Origin: Lama guanicoe
Taxonomy: Eukaryota
NCBI GenBank assembly: GCA_013239625.1
Contig: MU054323.1
Coordinates: 2,902,161 to 2,966,160, forward strand
Length of the DNA stretch: 64,000 nucleotides
Direction: 5' to 3'
This document shows positions 62,625-64,000 of the stretch, piece by piece. The translations under genes and the position numbers were made by a program. Numbering within the stretch: position 1 is the first letter of the stretch; the number at the start of each line of letters is the position of its first letter. The notes beneath the pieces are model-generated. The model worked only from the letters and a program-made list of their open reading frames with translations, was not told the DNA's origin and did no database searches.

Positions 62625-62875
62625 GAGATAGCAGTAGCTCATGTTTATTGTAAGGTTATATGTTTCAGGAACTGTGCTGAGAGCTTTAAAGGTATGATCT
62701 CTTTTAAATCTCACCACCACCCCATGAAGTAGAGGCTCTTCTGTCCTCAGGTTACTGGGTCACAGACAGTTTAAGTAGCTTACTCAAGGTCTACACAGCT
62801 AGGAAGAGGTGGAGCTGAGATTTGAACTAGGCCTGTTGGTACTGGAGTCATATACACCATGATGCTCTTCTGTCT
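62625..62875. mobile_element. MIR SINE
   Basis: gtagctcatgtttattg...aatctcaccaccaccccatgaagtag...ggagctgagatttgaactaggcctg. Confidence 0.75.
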
Positions 62876-63919
62876 CTCAAAGGGCCATCAACTTCTCCAA
62901 GGACCCAAGCCCCTTCTACAGCCCAGGCCCTTAGGGAAGCCCTATAGATACAGTGAGAAGCAAAACAAACAGGGTGTGTTAGGGATTATAAGTATACAGT
63001 CTTTATTTCATTTAATCTTCATAACAATTCTAAGATACAAGTGAAATGCTTGTTTTACTCCCATGTTGCAAAAAGAAAAGTGAGACTCAGAACGTAAGCA
63101 TCATCCGGAGGTTGGTGATGGGGAAATGGGCAGGGCCAGGACACACTGAATTCCCTTAGCTCCCAGCTCTCTGCACTTCGCACTTCTTTAGTCTGGTTGA
63201 TTACTACTGTGTCCCACCCATACCTACCAAGCACAAGCCCACTTTGCCTTTAAGCCTTAGGTATCTCCTAATGAAGAGAGTTCTGAGCAGGACTTGGACC
63301 TGCAGAAGGAGCCACCCATAAATGAGTGAAAGCCTGACTTGCAAAGGCAGTTCTGAGGACCAAGGAGACCGAGCTATTAGGAGCTTCGATGTGAGCCTTC
63401 CTCAGAGAAGATTGAGGTCCTGAAGACATGATTTGCTGGTGGGACTCTTACATCCTTCCAGTCTGCACAGATAAACCTGCCTCCTAAATCACGGCCATCA
63501 AAAGCCTTCCCCGTCTGAACAAATGAGACACTGTACCCACAGTGGTGAAGGTTCCTCCCCTCAGCATCTTTAAAGTTTTGTTTGGCAAAGGGTCACTATT
63601 GATTTCCAGAGGTAAGTGACCTGACAGTCATGCAACAGTCGGTCAGCGTCTCTGATTAACACCCTTGGTCAATGTCAGAAAGTCAAGGCAAGTGTAGAAC
63701 ACAGGTCAGGGAATTCTAGTATTAAGGGGGGGGTCTTTATTTTTCCACTTGATTATTAACCATACAGTTGTAAGCTCACCCTTTCATTCTCAGAATGCAA
63801 AAATTAATTAATTGGATAATATGAAAAAAATTTTAATAATTCCGCTAGTGCAATTACTTTTGCTTCTTTGTGAGTGAAGTACATGTTTAATTCATCCTTG
63901 CAACCAATTAGGGCTTGGC

Positions 63920-64000
63920 TAAATGAATGCCATTCATTCATTCATTCAAAACATTTACTTAACACCTATTACATGCTGGGTACTGAAATGTAGGGAAAGT
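63920..64000 (+). mobile_element. L2 terminal fragment, running off the window edge
   Basis: cattcattcattcattcaaaacatttacttaacacctattacatgctgggtactg. Confidence 0.7.

Overview
Mammalian nuclear DNA, most likely from a camelid (camel, alpaca or llama). This is inferred from a short tRNA-Ala-like SINE at 27.9 kb and the 3' UTR style of the younger L1s. The window reads as intergenic or intronic: I recognise no protein-coding gene, RNA gene or CRISPR array. The supplied ORFs are chance ORFs or L1 ORF2 fragments. Much of the window is fossil transposable elements: L1 of several ages, L2, MIR, CR1/L3, MaLR/ERVL LTRs, and hAT and Tigger DNA transposons. Family names come from recalled consensus sequences, not from a database search. 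Main observations: (1) a nearly full-length decayed Charlie-type hAT transposase at ~21.9-26.4 kb, split by two younger L1 insertions with visible target-site duplications (TSDs); (2) a ~610-bp MaLR+Tigger1 chimera inserted into an old L1 with TSD and A-tail, resembling an orphan transduction or retrocopied RNA; (3) a ~340-bp L1 made of only its 5' and 3' ends; (4) a CpG-rich promoter-like element at ~60.3-60.9 kb with five TGCGCA palindromes at ~14-bp spacing; (5) TE-poor, motif-rich candidate enhancers and a few isolated micro-exon candidates. I see no convincing evidence of a novel multi-gene system.
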